Shown here: in pieces, positions 1 through 9,934 of the stretch
Layout: each line of letters begins with the position of its first letter
Position numbering within the stretch: position 1 is the stretch's first letter
NCBI GenBank assembly: GCA_037143235.1
Contig: JBAWZC010000001.1
Span: 65,132-129,131, forward strand
Length of the DNA: 64,000 nucleotides
Direction of reading: 5' to 3'
Source: Candidatus Berkelbacteria bacterium
GTDB taxonomy: Bacteria; Patescibacteriota; UBA1384; XYA2-FULL-43-10; 1-14-0-10-43-13
Translations under genes and position numbers: made by a program
Notes under the pieces: generated by a model
Told to the model about the DNA's origin: nothing
Databases searched by the model: none
What the model saw: the letters and a program-made list of their open reading frames with translations, nothing else

Positions 1-362
1 AAATCCTGAAATATGACACCAACTTTGCGGCGATAAACCGGGATCTCTCGTGGTTTCAGCTGAGCGATGTCCCGTCCAGCGACCATAATCCTGCCAGCGG
101 TTGGTTTTTCCGCACAGGTCAAAAGTTTAATCAATGTTGACTTGCCTGCGCCTGACGGACCTACCAGAGAAATAAATTCACCGAAATGAATTTTGAAAGA
201 TACATCAGAAAGTGCCCTGATCGGACCAGGATAAGTCCGAGACACTTTGTCAAACTCAATTACAACATCCTTGGCCTCTTTTTTTGCTTGGCTTTGATTC
301 GCTGTATCTGTCTCAACTTTTGTATCTTTGTTTTTTTCGTGCAATCGAATATCGTCTGACAT
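1..362 (-). CDS. ftsE: Cell division ABC ATPase FtsE (5' part; runs off window start)
   Basis: Manual translation MSDDIRLHEK...IEFDKVSRTYPG...LVGPSGAGKSTLIKLL...YRRKVGVIFQD; Walker A plus FtsE-like 'RRKIGVVFQDF' motif. Confidence 0.85.
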   Translation of the reverse strand, partial: MSDDIRLHEKNKDTKVETDTANQSQAKKEAKDVVIEFDKVSRTYPGPIRALSDVSFKIHFGEFISLVGPSGAGKSTLIKLLTCAEKPTAGRIMVAGRDIAQLKPREIPVYRRKVGVIFQD

Positions 363-433
363 ATTTCGAAAAATTCTTTAATTACCAATTTCTAAATCAA
401 TGACCAAATGACTAAATGATTCCCTGTTTCCTA

Positions 434-2002
434 TTATATCATAGCTGTCGTCAAATCCATCCCTGACATATCCGCAGGCTGCTTGACACCAAGATTAGCC
501 AAGACAGACGGAGCTATGTCAGCCAATACACCGATTGGTGTTCCCATACAGTATTGGATATATTCATCTTTTGTAAATTCGCTCTCGCTCATCTCAAATG
601 GTCTTTTCAGGAAATCCAAATAGACAAAAGGTACGGAATTAGTAGTATGCTCTTTGTTTGGCGACTTTGTTTGCTCATTAATCATCAACTCACAATTACC
701 ATGGTCGGCGGTTAAAATAACCTTGTATCCTGCCACGGAAGCCTCAGCAAAAACTTGGGCCAAATTTTTATCAACTTCTTCGCAAGCTAAAATAGCTGCT
801 CTATCATCTCCTGTGTGACCAACCATGTCACCATTCGCATAATTCACCACGATCAAATTCTCATTCTTCTTAATCGCGCCGATCACTTTCGCAGTAATTT
901 CTTTGGCTGACATCTCTGGCGATTTAGCATAGCTAGCAACCTTCTTTGAAGGCACCAACTCATCATCCTCGCCTTTTTGGCCCATCTCTTTGCCGGCATT
1001 GAAAAAATATGTCACATGAGCGAATTTTTCAGTCTCAGCGGTATGAAATTGAGATAAATTCTCCGCCGCTACTACCTCAGGCAAAGTATTATCAAGATCG
1101 ATCGCCGGAAAAACCATCGGCACTGTTTGGTCTTTCTGGTATTGAGTCATCGTGACCAGATTCAAATCTTTTGGCGGAATGATGCCATCTACCTTGCCAC
1201 AAAATGCCGACAATAGCTGCTTCGCCCTATCAGCTCGAAAATTGAATAATAAAACCGAATCGCCTGACTCTATCTTCGCTCCTTCACCAATAACAGAAGC
1301 GTCCATATTCTCATCATCATGCTTTTCGGCATAATTTGCTCTAATCGCCTCCTCGGCGGTTAAATATTGTTTACCAGTATTGTCGAAAAATAACTCCGTA
1401 GCGGCTCTTATCCTCTCCCAGTTTTTGTCACGATCCATCGCAAAAAAACGACCAATCATCGTAGCAATCTTGCAATCTTCTAGAGCTGATAATTCAGCTT
1501 CAATCTGATTCAAATATTTTTCAGCCGCTCTCGCTTCTGTATCACGACCATCACTAATAAAATGAATTCTGAGTCTAGCGACACCTCTCTGACTCAAGAT
1601 ACGACAGAGCGCAATCAAATGACGAATATGGGAGTGAACCCCACCATCCGACACCAAACCAACCAAATGAACAGTCTTATCGTTTTTCTTTGAATACTCT
1701 GCCGATTTGGCCAAGACTTCATTTTCATCAAGTGTTTTATTCTCAATGTCCTGATCAATGCGTGGCAGACTCTCCCAAACTACACGTCCTGTGCCAATAT
1801 TCATATGGCCGACTTCAGAATTTCCTGGCTCGCCAGGAGTCAGGCCAACTTCAATCCCCGAAGCAGACAAAGATGTCTTGGGATATCTTTGGTATACCGA
1901 ATCAAGAGTTGGCGTCTTGGCTTGAAAAGGCGCATTGCCCATTTCACTGCCAGAAAGTCCCCAACCATCCAAAATTATCAACATTACTTTTTTATCACTC
2001 AT
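434..2002 (-). CDS. gpmI: 2,3-bisphosphoglycerate-independent phosphoglycerate mutase
   Basis: LIILDGWG, GNSEVGH, SDGGVHSH, DMVGHTG, TADHGN motifs; start set at MSDKK. Confidence 0.97.
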   Translation of the reverse strand: MSDKKVMLIILDGWGLSGSEMGNAPFQAKTPTLDSVYQRYPKTSLSASGIEVGLTPGEPGNSEVGHMNIGTGRVVWESLPRIDQDIENKTLDENEVLAKSAEYSKKNDKTVHLVGLVSDGGVHSHIRHLIALCRILSQRGVARLRIHFISDGRDTEARAAEKYLNQIEAELSALEDCKIATMIGRFFAMDRDKNWERIRAATELFFDNTGKQYLTAEEAIRANYAEKHDDENMDASVIGEGAKIESGDSVLLFNFRADRAKQLLSAFCGKVDGIIPPKDLNLVTMTQYQKDQTVPMVFPAIDLDNTLPEVVAAENLSQFHTAETEKFAHVTYFFNAGKEMGQKGEDDELVPSKKVASYAKSPEMSAKEITAKVIGAIKKNENLIVVNYANGDMVGHTGDDRAAILACEEVDKNLAQVFAEASVAGYKVILTADHGNCELMINEQTKSPNKEHTTNSVPFVYLDFLKRPFEMSESEFTKDEYIQYCMGTPIGVLADIAPSVLANLGVKQPADMSGMDLTTAMI

Positions 2003-2057
2003 ACTTCCCTCACTTATTTTCCAGAGATACAAAGACTTTTTTCACCGCTTACCTCTC

Positions 2058-2567
2058 TTATCTTTTTGATCTCAATATCAATGCCATCCCGCCGATGACC
2101 AAAATCAATGGCCAAAAATTATATGAAATCAAATTCAAGACCAAAAACAGTATACCAAAACCAGCCAAAATATTCGCTGAGATAAAAACACCGCTTAGTT
2201 TACGATCACCAAAGTAATAAAACACATAGAGTGCAAGACCGACGATGAACGGAAATACTGGCCAGAGAATATCGATCCCCTGCCAAGAAACTGCAGCCAT
2301 ATAGTAAAGAAATATCGAAGATAGAATCAAAATTACAATTGGGATCACAAGCCCAACATTTTTTTCTTTATTTTTGCTGAAGCCGTAAAACACGATCAGC
2401 GAGATACCTGGGACAAGCACAAATGTTGGCCATAGATTGCCAAAATCAAGACCAAGTCTCGGCAATAAAAACAATACCCCAAGCAAGATTAAGATTATGC
2501 CTGGTACCATCGCTCCGTTGTCCTTGCGTTCAATCTTCTCGACAATATTTTTATCATCTTCCATCAT
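2058..2567 (-). CDS. LiaI/LiaF-like (DUF5668-type) multi-pass membrane protein
   Basis: GIILILLGVLFLL plus repeated (L/F)WP hydrophobic segments. Confidence 0.65.
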   Translation of the reverse strand: MMEDDKNIVEKIERKDNGAMVPGIILILLGVLFLLPRLGLDFGNLWPTFVLVPGISLIVFYGFSKNKEKNVGLVIPIVILILSSIFLYYMAAVSWQGIDILWPVFPFIVGLALYVFYYFGDRKLSGVFISANILAGFGILFLVLNLISYNFWPLILVIGGMALILRSKR

Positions 2568-2608
2568 TCCTCCTTGGTTGCCATTCCCGTAAAAACAGGA
2601 ATTTTATT

Positions 2609-3031
2609 TCATTTAATTTCCAATAACTCTCCCTTGATCACAGTAGGAGCAAAACCGATTATTTCATCTTTCATAATGTTATCTGGAATTGGATTATAAA
2701 GAAATATTTTTTTTCCCAATTCAAATGCTTTGTACATCTCCAAAAATGTTGCACCCCCAATATAATCTTTCTGGCCATTCTTTTCAAAGTTCACGACAAG
2801 TATCACATCATTGTCTTCGATTTTTTTGACCTGCTCTCTGAAAAATTTCTGCTTCAATTGGACATGCTTTTCGGCCGATTCTTCTCTTGTTCGATTCTCC
2901 ACAAACGGATCATCAAAACTGTTTGGCAAAGTAATTTCGTGCCCCAATCCCTCAAGCTCTTTTTTTATCTCTGGGATATATTTGTAATTGTATTTACTCG
3001 CACAAATAAATATCTTCATTTTATTTTCCAC
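2609..3031 (-). CDS. Nucleoside 2-deoxyribosyltransferase-like protein
   Basis: KIFICAS...D(V)ILVVN...YIGGATFLEMYKAFELGKKIFLYNP pattern. Confidence 0.55.
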   Translation of the reverse strand: MENKMKIFICASKYNYKYIPEIKKELEGLGHEITLPNSFDDPFVENRTREESAEKHVQLKQKFFREQVKKIEDNDVILVVNFEKNGQKDYIGGATFLEMYKAFELGKKIFLYNPIPDNIMKDEIIGFAPTVIKGELLEIK

Positions 3032-3061
3032 AACATTTCTTATACTTCTTGCCGCTGCCGT

Positions 3062-3095
3062 CCTCCTTCGCCCTTTTTAGTAGGGCTACGGCAGG
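3062..3095 (+). repeat. Hairpin element with GGCAGG tail
   Basis: CCTCCTTCGCCCT-TTTTAGT-AGGGCTACGGCAGG. Confidence 0.6.
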
Positions 3096-3123
3096 ACTCC
3101 GCTTCTACAGCAGATTAACTACA

Positions 3124-5769
3124 TTATTTCCCACAACAATGCTTATACTTGATTGGTCGTCCGTCTGAATGCTTCGCTCCGCATGGGCAAGCATCGTTTC
3201 TCCCAACCTTCGTATGAGCACTGACTGTATTGTTCGCCACAGAATTGTTATCTTTCATGCGATCAAAAACAGTTTTGCCCTTATCGATATTTTTGGCCAC
3301 TTTCTGCACCGCTTCATCAGTTTTTCCAGTATTTTCAGCTTGAGATGAACTAATTTCAATTCTAGCACGAAAGATCGTTCTAGCAACATTAGTTTCGATC
3401 GTTGCCAATAAACTTTCAAAGTATCCGTGAGCCTGTTGCTTGTATTCAACTAGCGGGTCTCTCTGGCTATATCCGACCAGGCCGATGCCAGCACGCAATT
3501 CATCCATCGTGGTCAGATGTTCAACCCAAAGCAGATCAATCGTGCGCAAATAAATCATTTTCTCTAACTGTCGCATCACTTCGCTGCCCATTTCTTTCTC
3601 TTTGACCTCATATATCTCAGTAGCCAGTGATTTGGCCTTGTCAATATCAAGACCAGTCACTTCCATCTCACCAAAAATATTCTTGATGTTCTGCTCAAAT
3701 AATTCTCGATTGTCGGAATAAAGTGAATAAATCTTTTCAATCTCGTCTTTGACAATACCAACGATTTCATCTTTGAGCCAATGGTCGCTATCAGTGCTAT
3801 CCATCTCTAAAATTTTGCGGCGTTTTTTATAAATGACTTCACGCTGCTTATTCATCACATCATCGTAGTCGACCAAATGTTTCCGAGTATCAAAATTATT
3901 ACCTTCGACTCTCTTTTGCGCCGACTCAATCGAACCAGAGATCATCTTATTTTCTATCGGCATATCATCAGGCAAACCAAGAGATTCCATCAAATTTTTT
4001 AATCTATCGCCACCGAATATTCTCATCAAGTCATCTTCCATCGATACAAAAAATTGTGATGAACCAGTGTCGCCCTGTCTTCCAGCCCGACCTCTCAGCT
4101 GATTGTCAATTCTTCTTGCTTCGTGTCGTTCAGAGCCAATCACATGCAAACCACCAACTTCTCTGACACCCTCGCCAAGTTTAATATCAGTACCACGGCC
4201 AGCCATATTTGTCGCCACCGTCACTGCTCCCTTTTGGCCAGCTTTAGAAATAATTTTTGCCTCACGTTCGTGATTTTTGGCGTTTAAAATTTCGTGCTTG
4301 AGCCCAGCAGTCTTGAGCATCTTGCTCATCATCTCGTTTTTGGTGACAGATGCGGTACCGATCAAAATTGGCTGCCCCTTTTCAGTTCGTTCCTTTACTT
4401 CAAGAACGATAGCCTCAAATTTACCTTTTTCGGTTTTGTAGATACGGTCAGGCAGGTCAAGACGCTGCACAGCTTTATTGGTCGGGATTTCCACAACATC
4501 AAGTTTATAAATTTTATAAAATTCCTCCGCCTCAGTTGAGGCTGTGCCAGTCATACCAGCCAACTTATTATACATTCGGAATAAATTTTGAAAAGAAATA
4601 GTCGCCAAGGTCTGAGATTCTTTGTTGACTTCAACCTTCTCTTTGGCTTCAATTGCTTGGTGCAATCCCTCGGAATATCTTCGACCAACCATTAGTCGAC
4701 CAGTAAATTCATCAACGATCACGATTTCACCTTCACGAACAACATAATCACGATCTTTTTTAAATAATGCCTTTGCTTTTAAGGCTTGCTCCAGATGATG
4801 CGCCATCGCCATATCGGCTGATTCATAGACATTCGCGATACCAAGGGCACCCTCTACTCGAGAAAGCCCAGCATCTGTCAGCATCACAGCTCTGTCTTTT
4901 TCATCGACCGTGTAGTCATTTTCTTCCTTGAGGCCAGAGACGACCCCTGCAAATCGCTGATACAAGCTCGTCGATTCTTCTGCCGGAGCTGAGATAATCA
5001 AAGGAGTTCTAGCTTCATCAATCAAGATTGAGTCCACCTCATCAACAATCGCAAAATATTGTTCTCTCTGCGAGCATAACTCAACACTTGGCGCCATATT
5101 ATCACGCAGATAGTCGAAACCAAATTCATTATTAGTTCCATATGTCACATCACAAGCATAAGCCTCTTTGCGACTACATTGCTCCAGGTTCTCTCCATCG
5201 CAAGCAGAATAATGGTCGTATTTTTTATTTTTCTTAAATTTATAACTAACCTGATTGCTTTGAATAATGCCAGTCGACAAGCCCAAAAAGTCATAAACCT
5301 CCCCAATTCCCTCACCCTGATGTTTGGATAGATAATCATTTACCGTGACTAAGTGTACACCTCGACCAACGAGGGCGTTCAGGTAAATTGGCAACGCAGC
5401 CACGATAGTTTTACCTTCACCCGTTCGCATTTCTGCAATTTTGCCTTCATGCAAAACCAAACCACCAATGAGCTGAACATCAAAATGACGCTCACCCCAA
5501 ACTCGTTTCATCGCTTCGCGCATGACAGCAAAAGCCTCAGGTAAAATCTCTTCTATGATTTCACCTTCTGGCTGCCTTCTGTCTTCTGGCTCATGACTGC
5601 CGCTCACTCGCTCATCGATTTTTTTACGAAAATCGGCTGTCTTTGCTTTGAGATCAGCGTCAGACAACAGAGAGACAGTCTTTTCCATTTCATTAATCTG
5701 ATCGACCTTGCTTTGCAAGCTCGACAAGACTCGTTTACTCGGATTGTAGAAAAAATCTAAAATTGACAT
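3124..5769 (-). CDS. secA: Preprotein translocase ATPase SecA
   Basis: MRTGEGKT, DEVDSILIDEARTPLIIS, TNMAGRGTDI, QLRGRAGRQG, C-terminal GRNDACPCG...KYKHCCG; start at MSILDF. Confidence 0.98.
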   Translation of the reverse strand: MSILDFFYNPSKRVLSSLQSKVDQINEMEKTVSLLSDADLKAKTADFRKKIDERVSGSHEPEDRRQPEGEIIEEILPEAFAVMREAMKRVWGERHFDVQLIGGLVLHEGKIAEMRTGEGKTIVAALPIYLNALVGRGVHLVTVNDYLSKHQGEGIGEVYDFLGLSTGIIQSNQVSYKFKKNKKYDHYSACDGENLEQCSRKEAYACDVTYGTNNEFGFDYLRDNMAPSVELCSQREQYFAIVDEVDSILIDEARTPLIISAPAEESTSLYQRFAGVVSGLKEENDYTVDEKDRAVMLTDAGLSRVEGALGIANVYESADMAMAHHLEQALKAKALFKKDRDYVVREGEIVIVDEFTGRLMVGRRYSEGLHQAIEAKEKVEVNKESQTLATISFQNLFRMYNKLAGMTGTASTEAEEFYKIYKLDVVEIPTNKAVQRLDLPDRIYKTEKGKFEAIVLEVKERTEKGQPILIGTASVTKNEMMSKMLKTAGLKHEILNAKNHEREAKIISKAGQKGAVTVATNMAGRGTDIKLGEGVREVGGLHVIGSERHEARRIDNQLRGRAGRQGDTGSSQFFVSMEDDLMRIFGGDRLKNLMESLGLPDDMPIENKMISGSIESAQKRVEGNNFDTRKHLVDYDDVMNKQREVIYKKRRKILEMDSTDSDHWLKDEIVGIVKDEIEKIYSLYSDNRELFEQNIKNIFGEMEVTGLDIDKAKSLATEIYEVKEKEMGSEVMRQLEKMIYLRTIDLLWVEHLTTMDELRAGIGLVGYSQRDPLVEYKQQAHGYFESLLATIETNVARTIFRARIEISSSQAENTGKTDEAVQKVAKNIDKGKTVFDRMKDNNSVANNTVSAHTKVGRNDACPCGAKHSDGRPIKYKHCCGK

Positions 5770-5856
5770 GTTGTTGTTTCCAAGGTACAAGTTACAATAA
5801 TCAGTTAAATTCCAATCACCAAATCGCAATGACCACAATTTAAAACATCTAACATT

Positions 5857-5922
5857 TGTCATTCCCGCGAAGGCGGGAATCTATTAAACAATTTGTGGAT
5901 TCCCGCCTTCGCGGGAATGACA
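5857..5922. repeat. Inverted pair of ATTCCC-N8-GGGAAT palindromes (REPIN/dRS3-like)
   Basis: TGTCATTCCCGCGAAGGCGGGAATC...GATTCCCGCCTTCGCGGGAATGACA, a perfect 25-bp inverted repeat. Confidence 0.9.
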
Positions 5923-5953
5923 GACTATTTAACTGTTTCTTGATTATCGGGTA

Positions 5954-6124
5954 TTATTTTTTAATCTCTTCTTCTCTCTCTTTGATCGACGCTGCAAAAT
6001 CTTCCATACTTGCATAAACGACGCCACCAACCGACACACTACCGTCATCATTTATTTTCAAGCTGTCAGACTTACTCAAGTCAATTTTTTTTGAACTTTC
6101 ATCGCTCGGAATTTTATCAGACAT
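5954..6124 (-). CDS. Small hypothetical protein (56 aa)
   Basis: MSDKIPSDESS...; AAGGAG Shine-Dalgarno upstream; co-oriented with hpf and secA. Confidence 0.6.
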   Translation of the reverse strand: MSDKIPSDESSKKIDLSKSDSLKINDDGSVSVGGVVYASMEDFAASIKEREEEIKK

Positions 6125-6137
6125 AATACTCCTTGAT

Positions 6138-6521
6138 TTATTTTTCGTCTTGATCTTCTTTTTTTGACCAACTACCAAAAGTCTCCCAAATTTTCCACGA
6201 ACCACGCTTGCGAGTCTTCTCAACTTTTTTGTTATGGTCGCGCACCAACTGTCTCTCAATAGACTTATGGGCATATGCAAAAGCTCTCAACATTTTATCG
6301 TCCACCTCACGGACAAAGAGCTTTTCTTTGCCAAAGGTAACCGCAATTTCTACTGCCTGATCCACTCCCCCTTTTTCTAGACTGGTTTCATCTTTCAAAT
6401 ATATATCAACATTAACTGGTTCCCCTGGGACATATTTTTTCAGACCACGCAACTTTTTTTCGATCAAATCCTTTTGCTTCTTGCCAATGATGATATCCTT
6501 GATGTGAAAAGCAATCTTCAT
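6138..6521 (-). CDS. hpf: Ribosome hibernation factor HPF/RaiA family
   Basis: IEKKLRGLKKY...AYAHKSIERQLVR; size and position upstream of secA. Confidence 0.75.
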   Translation of the reverse strand: MKIAFHIKDIIIGKKQKDLIEKKLRGLKKYVPGEPVNVDIYLKDETSLEKGGVDQAVEIAVTFGKEKLFVREVDDKMLRAFAYAHKSIERQLVRDHNKKVEKTRKRGSWKIWETFGSWSKKEDQDEK

Positions 6522-6534
6522 AATAGCACCTCCT

Positions 6535-7788
6535 CTATTTAATTTCGCTAAAGCCTGTGTATTTTATCAAAACCTCTGGCACTTTGATACTACCATCTTT
6601 CTGTTGATAATCTTCCAGTATTGCGATCAATGGTCGCTCTGAAAAAGCTGTACCATTTAATGTGTGCAAAGTTTCAATCTTGCCAGCTTTTGTTTTGTAA
6701 CGAATATTTAGTCTTCTAGCCTGATAATCGGTGCAGTTTGAGCACGAATGAGTTTCACGATAATCATTCTCTCCCGGCATCCAAACCTCAATATCAAATT
6801 TTTTCGTCGCTGGCGCGCCCAAGTCCCCGGCGCAAATATTAACCACCTGATAATGAAGTCCTAGTCCTTGCATCAATTTCTCTTCCAGAGAAACGAGATA
6901 ATCGTGCTCTTTAGCCGAGTCTTCTGGTTTCACAAAAGAGAACATCTCAACTTTGTTGAATTGATGGCCACGCAAGATACCGCGAACATCTTTGCCGTGA
7001 CTGCCCGCTTCACGACGGAAACAGGTCGAGATACCAACATAACGCAGTGGTAATTTGGATTCATCCAATATCTCATCTGCATGATATCCAGCCAAAGACT
7101 GTTCTGAAGTACCAACCAGATATGTATCATCTTGTGTCTTGTAGATCTCATCCTCGCCGCCAGGAATATATCCAGCGCCCTCCATGATCCTTCGAGACAG
7201 CATCACTGGAGGAATGACAGGGATGAAGCCTTCGGCGACCAAAGTATCGATTGCGTAGCGAAATAGTGCCAACTCCAAGATGACCATCTCATTTTTCAAA
7301 TAGAAAAATCTTGACCCAGAAACCTTGCCTGCTCGAGCGGTGTCAAATAGGTCGTGCTGCTCAGCCAGAGCTACATTATCTTTGATATCAAAGTCAAAAA
7401 CTGGCTTCTCTCCCCAAGTACGATTAACAGTATTCTCCTTGTCCGAAGCGCCATCGATCACCTCTGGCGCGGGTGGGTTCGGAATACCATACATGACCGT
7501 TCGATATTCCTGATCAGTTTTTTCCATCTCCGGTCTCAACTGCTTGATCTTATCTGACAATGTACTAGCCGTATTGATCGCATCGATCTTCTGTTGGCCA
7601 TGAAGCTGAGCAATTTCCTTTGACTTTACATTCAGCTCGCCTTGATACTGCTCAAGTTTCACAATTGCTTCACGACGAAGCTGATCGAGCCTGATCGCCT
7701 CATCAATCAATCCGGCACCTGCTCCTTTGCGAGCAACCGCCTTCTTCACTTCCGCAGTATTTTCTCTGATATATTTGATGTCTAGCAT
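6535..7788 (-). CDS. serS: Serine--tRNA ligase
   Basis: MLDIKYIREN, GTSEQ, FRREAG, HQFNKVE, ETHSCSNCTDYQARR, TLNGT. Confidence 0.98.
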   Translation of the reverse strand: MLDIKYIRENTAEVKKAVARKGAGAGLIDEAIRLDQLRREAIVKLEQYQGELNVKSKEIAQLHGQQKIDAINTASTLSDKIKQLRPEMEKTDQEYRTVMYGIPNPPAPEVIDGASDKENTVNRTWGEKPVFDFDIKDNVALAEQHDLFDTARAGKVSGSRFFYLKNEMVILELALFRYAIDTLVAEGFIPVIPPVMLSRRIMEGAGYIPGGEDEIYKTQDDTYLVGTSEQSLAGYHADEILDESKLPLRYVGISTCFRREAGSHGKDVRGILRGHQFNKVEMFSFVKPEDSAKEHDYLVSLEEKLMQGLGLHYQVVNICAGDLGAPATKKFDIEVWMPGENDYRETHSCSNCTDYQARRLNIRYKTKAGKIETLHTLNGTAFSERPLIAILEDYQQKDGSIKVPEVLIKYTGFSEIK

Positions 7789-7805
7789 GGGCTCCTTCGT
7801 TACAT

Positions 7806-8269
7806 AAATGGATAGCTAATATCCTAATGGCTAATTTACTAATATATGTTCGGGATTCTCTTTATCTTCACACCATCTTTTGTGAAACGAATTATTAATC
7901 CCAGCTTTAGGTTACTCGATTTTAAGTATTGGTACAATTGCCTACAAGCATCTCGATATTTTGTTGTCGAAACCTTCAACTCAAGCACAATTTTATTATC
8001 TATCAGAAAGTCGAAGAACTTCTTTTTAATCACCACACCTTCGATTTTCATCGGAGAATATACTTCTCTTGCGTATGAAATATTATTCTTCTTAAGCAAT
8101 ATTTCGAGCGCATCGGCATAATTCTTTTCACTGTGACCACTTCCCAACTTGTTATCAATGTCAAACGCCAACCCGCACAATGTATATGACAACTCCTTGT
8201 ACAACAAGTCATCCATTCTTTTTGCCCTCACATTCGCTTATTCGCTATTAGGATATTCGCCATCCATTT
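7806..8269. mobile_element. GxxExxY gene bounded by 30-bp imperfect terminal inverted repeats
   Basis: 7806-7835 AAATGGATAGCTAATATCCTAATGGCTAAT versus reverse complement of 8240-8269 AAATGGATGGCGAATATCCTAATAGCGAAT (26/30). Confidence 0.6.
7839..8231 (-). CDS. GxxExxY family PD-(D/E)XK-like protein
   Basis: LGSGHSEKNY motif; FDFLIDNKIVLELK; QLYQYLK...GLIIRF. Confidence 0.9.
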   Translation of the reverse strand: MRAKRMDDLLYKELSYTLCGLAFDIDNKLGSGHSEKNYADALEILLKKNNISYAREVYSPMKIEGVVIKKKFFDFLIDNKIVLELKVSTTKYRDACRQLYQYLKSSNLKLGLIIRFTKDGVKIKRIPNIY

Positions 8270-8272
8270 CTG

Positions 8273-9742
8273 CTATTGCTTCTCTGGTCGCAATAGCGGA
8301 AACATTACTGCCTCGCGGGCTGACTTGTCTGCCAAAAAGGAAAATAATCGCTCGGAAAAACCAAAGCCGGAAGTTGGCGGCATCCCGTGCTCAAGTGCTT
8401 CAACGAAATCATAATCATGCATCTGAGCCTCGAGATCACCGTCTTCTCGCATCTTGGCTTGCTCCCGAAATCTTTCAGCCTGATCGATCGGATCGTTCAA
8501 CTCGCTATATCCATTGCCCATCTCAGAACCAGCCAAAATAACTTGATATCTCTCCACCAATCTCGGATCGTCTGATTTTCTCTTGGCCAGCGGCGAAACT
8601 TCAACTGGATGATTAATCAAAAACACTGGTCCAGCAATTGTTTTCCTGATTTGTTTCCAAAGTGTATCGATCAATCGTCCACGCTTGTCATTAACATTGA
8701 ACTTTACCTTAAGATTCATTAACTTTTTCTTAAGCTCGTCATCACTGGCAGATAAAACATCGATACCAATCTCGTCCTTGATCGTCGTGACATAATCAAT
8801 TTTTGGCCATTGCTTATCGAGATCAACCTCAAATTGACCAATCTTGAACTTCAGCGTCCCGAAAGCTTCACGAGCAATATATTTATACATCTCTTCAACC
8901 AGCCTCATTGAGTCTTCGTAGTTGGCGTAAGCCCAATAAAATTCCATCTGGGTATAATCCTGCAAATGTTCTCGACTGATGCCTTCATTGCGGAACTGTC
9001 GCCCGATCTCAAAAGTTTTTTCAAAACCACCGACCATCAAACGCTTCTGCCAAAGTTCACCCATCGATATTCGCAGATAGACATCAATATCTAGAGCATC
9101 GTGATGAGTCACAAACGGGCTAGCGTCCGCTCCCCCTGCCGTAGTTTCCAAAGCTGGTGTTTCCACTTCCAAAAAACCTTTACCAATCAAAAAATTACGA
9201 GTGGCCTGCCAAAATTTGGCCTTTTTGGCGAACATCTCTCGCAACTCAGGACTAAGTGCCAGGTCAAGATATCTTTTACGGTATCGTGACTCTTCGTCTG
9301 TGATCCCCTTCCAAAGTTCAGGCAGAGGTCGAAGAGCTTTGGAAATCATCCGCGCCGACTTGGCTTCAACTGTAGTTTCACCAGCCTTCGTAATAAATAC
9401 TTTGCCTGCCACCTCAACAAAATCTCCAACATCAAAACACGAGACGATTTCTATCGCCTCACCCAAGATGTCAACCTTAAACACGACCTGTATCTTGCCT
9501 TTTTCATCAACAATATCAGCAAAAATAAGTTTGCCATGACCTCTGACTGCCATCAATCGGCCAGCTACAGTCACAACTTCCTCGGAAGCAATCAACTTTT
9601 CCTGATCAGCCAAAACCTGCAAGGAGAGATGATCTCGATGTGACTTTGATGGGAAAGCCGGCAAACCCAAAGACTCAAGTTTCTTCAACTTTTTGTGTCT
9701 AAACTCGATAATATCCTTCTCTGATAAGCCCACATTTTCCAT
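8273..9742 (-). CDS. lysS: Lysine--tRNA ligase (class II)
   Basis: VAGRLMAVRGHGK, RYRKRYLDL, FEIGRQFRNEG, EMGNGYSELNDP, GMPPTSGFG. Confidence 0.98.
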   Translation of the reverse strand: MENVGLSEKDIIEFRHKKLKKLESLGLPAFPSKSHRDHLSLQVLADQEKLIASEEVVTVAGRLMAVRGHGKLIFADIVDEKGKIQVVFKVDILGEAIEIVSCFDVGDFVEVAGKVFITKAGETTVEAKSARMISKALRPLPELWKGITDEESRYRKRYLDLALSPELREMFAKKAKFWQATRNFLIGKGFLEVETPALETTAGGADASPFVTHHDALDIDVYLRISMGELWQKRLMVGGFEKTFEIGRQFRNEGISREHLQDYTQMEFYWAYANYEDSMRLVEEMYKYIAREAFGTLKFKIGQFEVDLDKQWPKIDYVTTIKDEIGIDVLSASDDELKKKLMNLKVKFNVNDKRGRLIDTLWKQIRKTIAGPVFLINHPVEVSPLAKRKSDDPRLVERYQVILAGSEMGNGYSELNDPIDQAERFREQAKMREDGDLEAQMHDYDFVEALEHGMPPTSGFGFSERLFSFLADKSAREAVMFPLLRPEKQ

Positions 9743-9934
9743 CTTGCCTCTTCCCTGCTCAATATTTTATATATACTCGCTCGAAATATAACCATATAGC
9801 TAATACTATATGTATAATTTATATCACAAATCAAGCCTCGAATCAAAAAGACGCACTGAATCAGACTGAGTGGTTGAAAACCAGATTGTTTGAGCATAAA
9901 ATAAGGATGAATAAATTAAAATTACGGAACCAAT

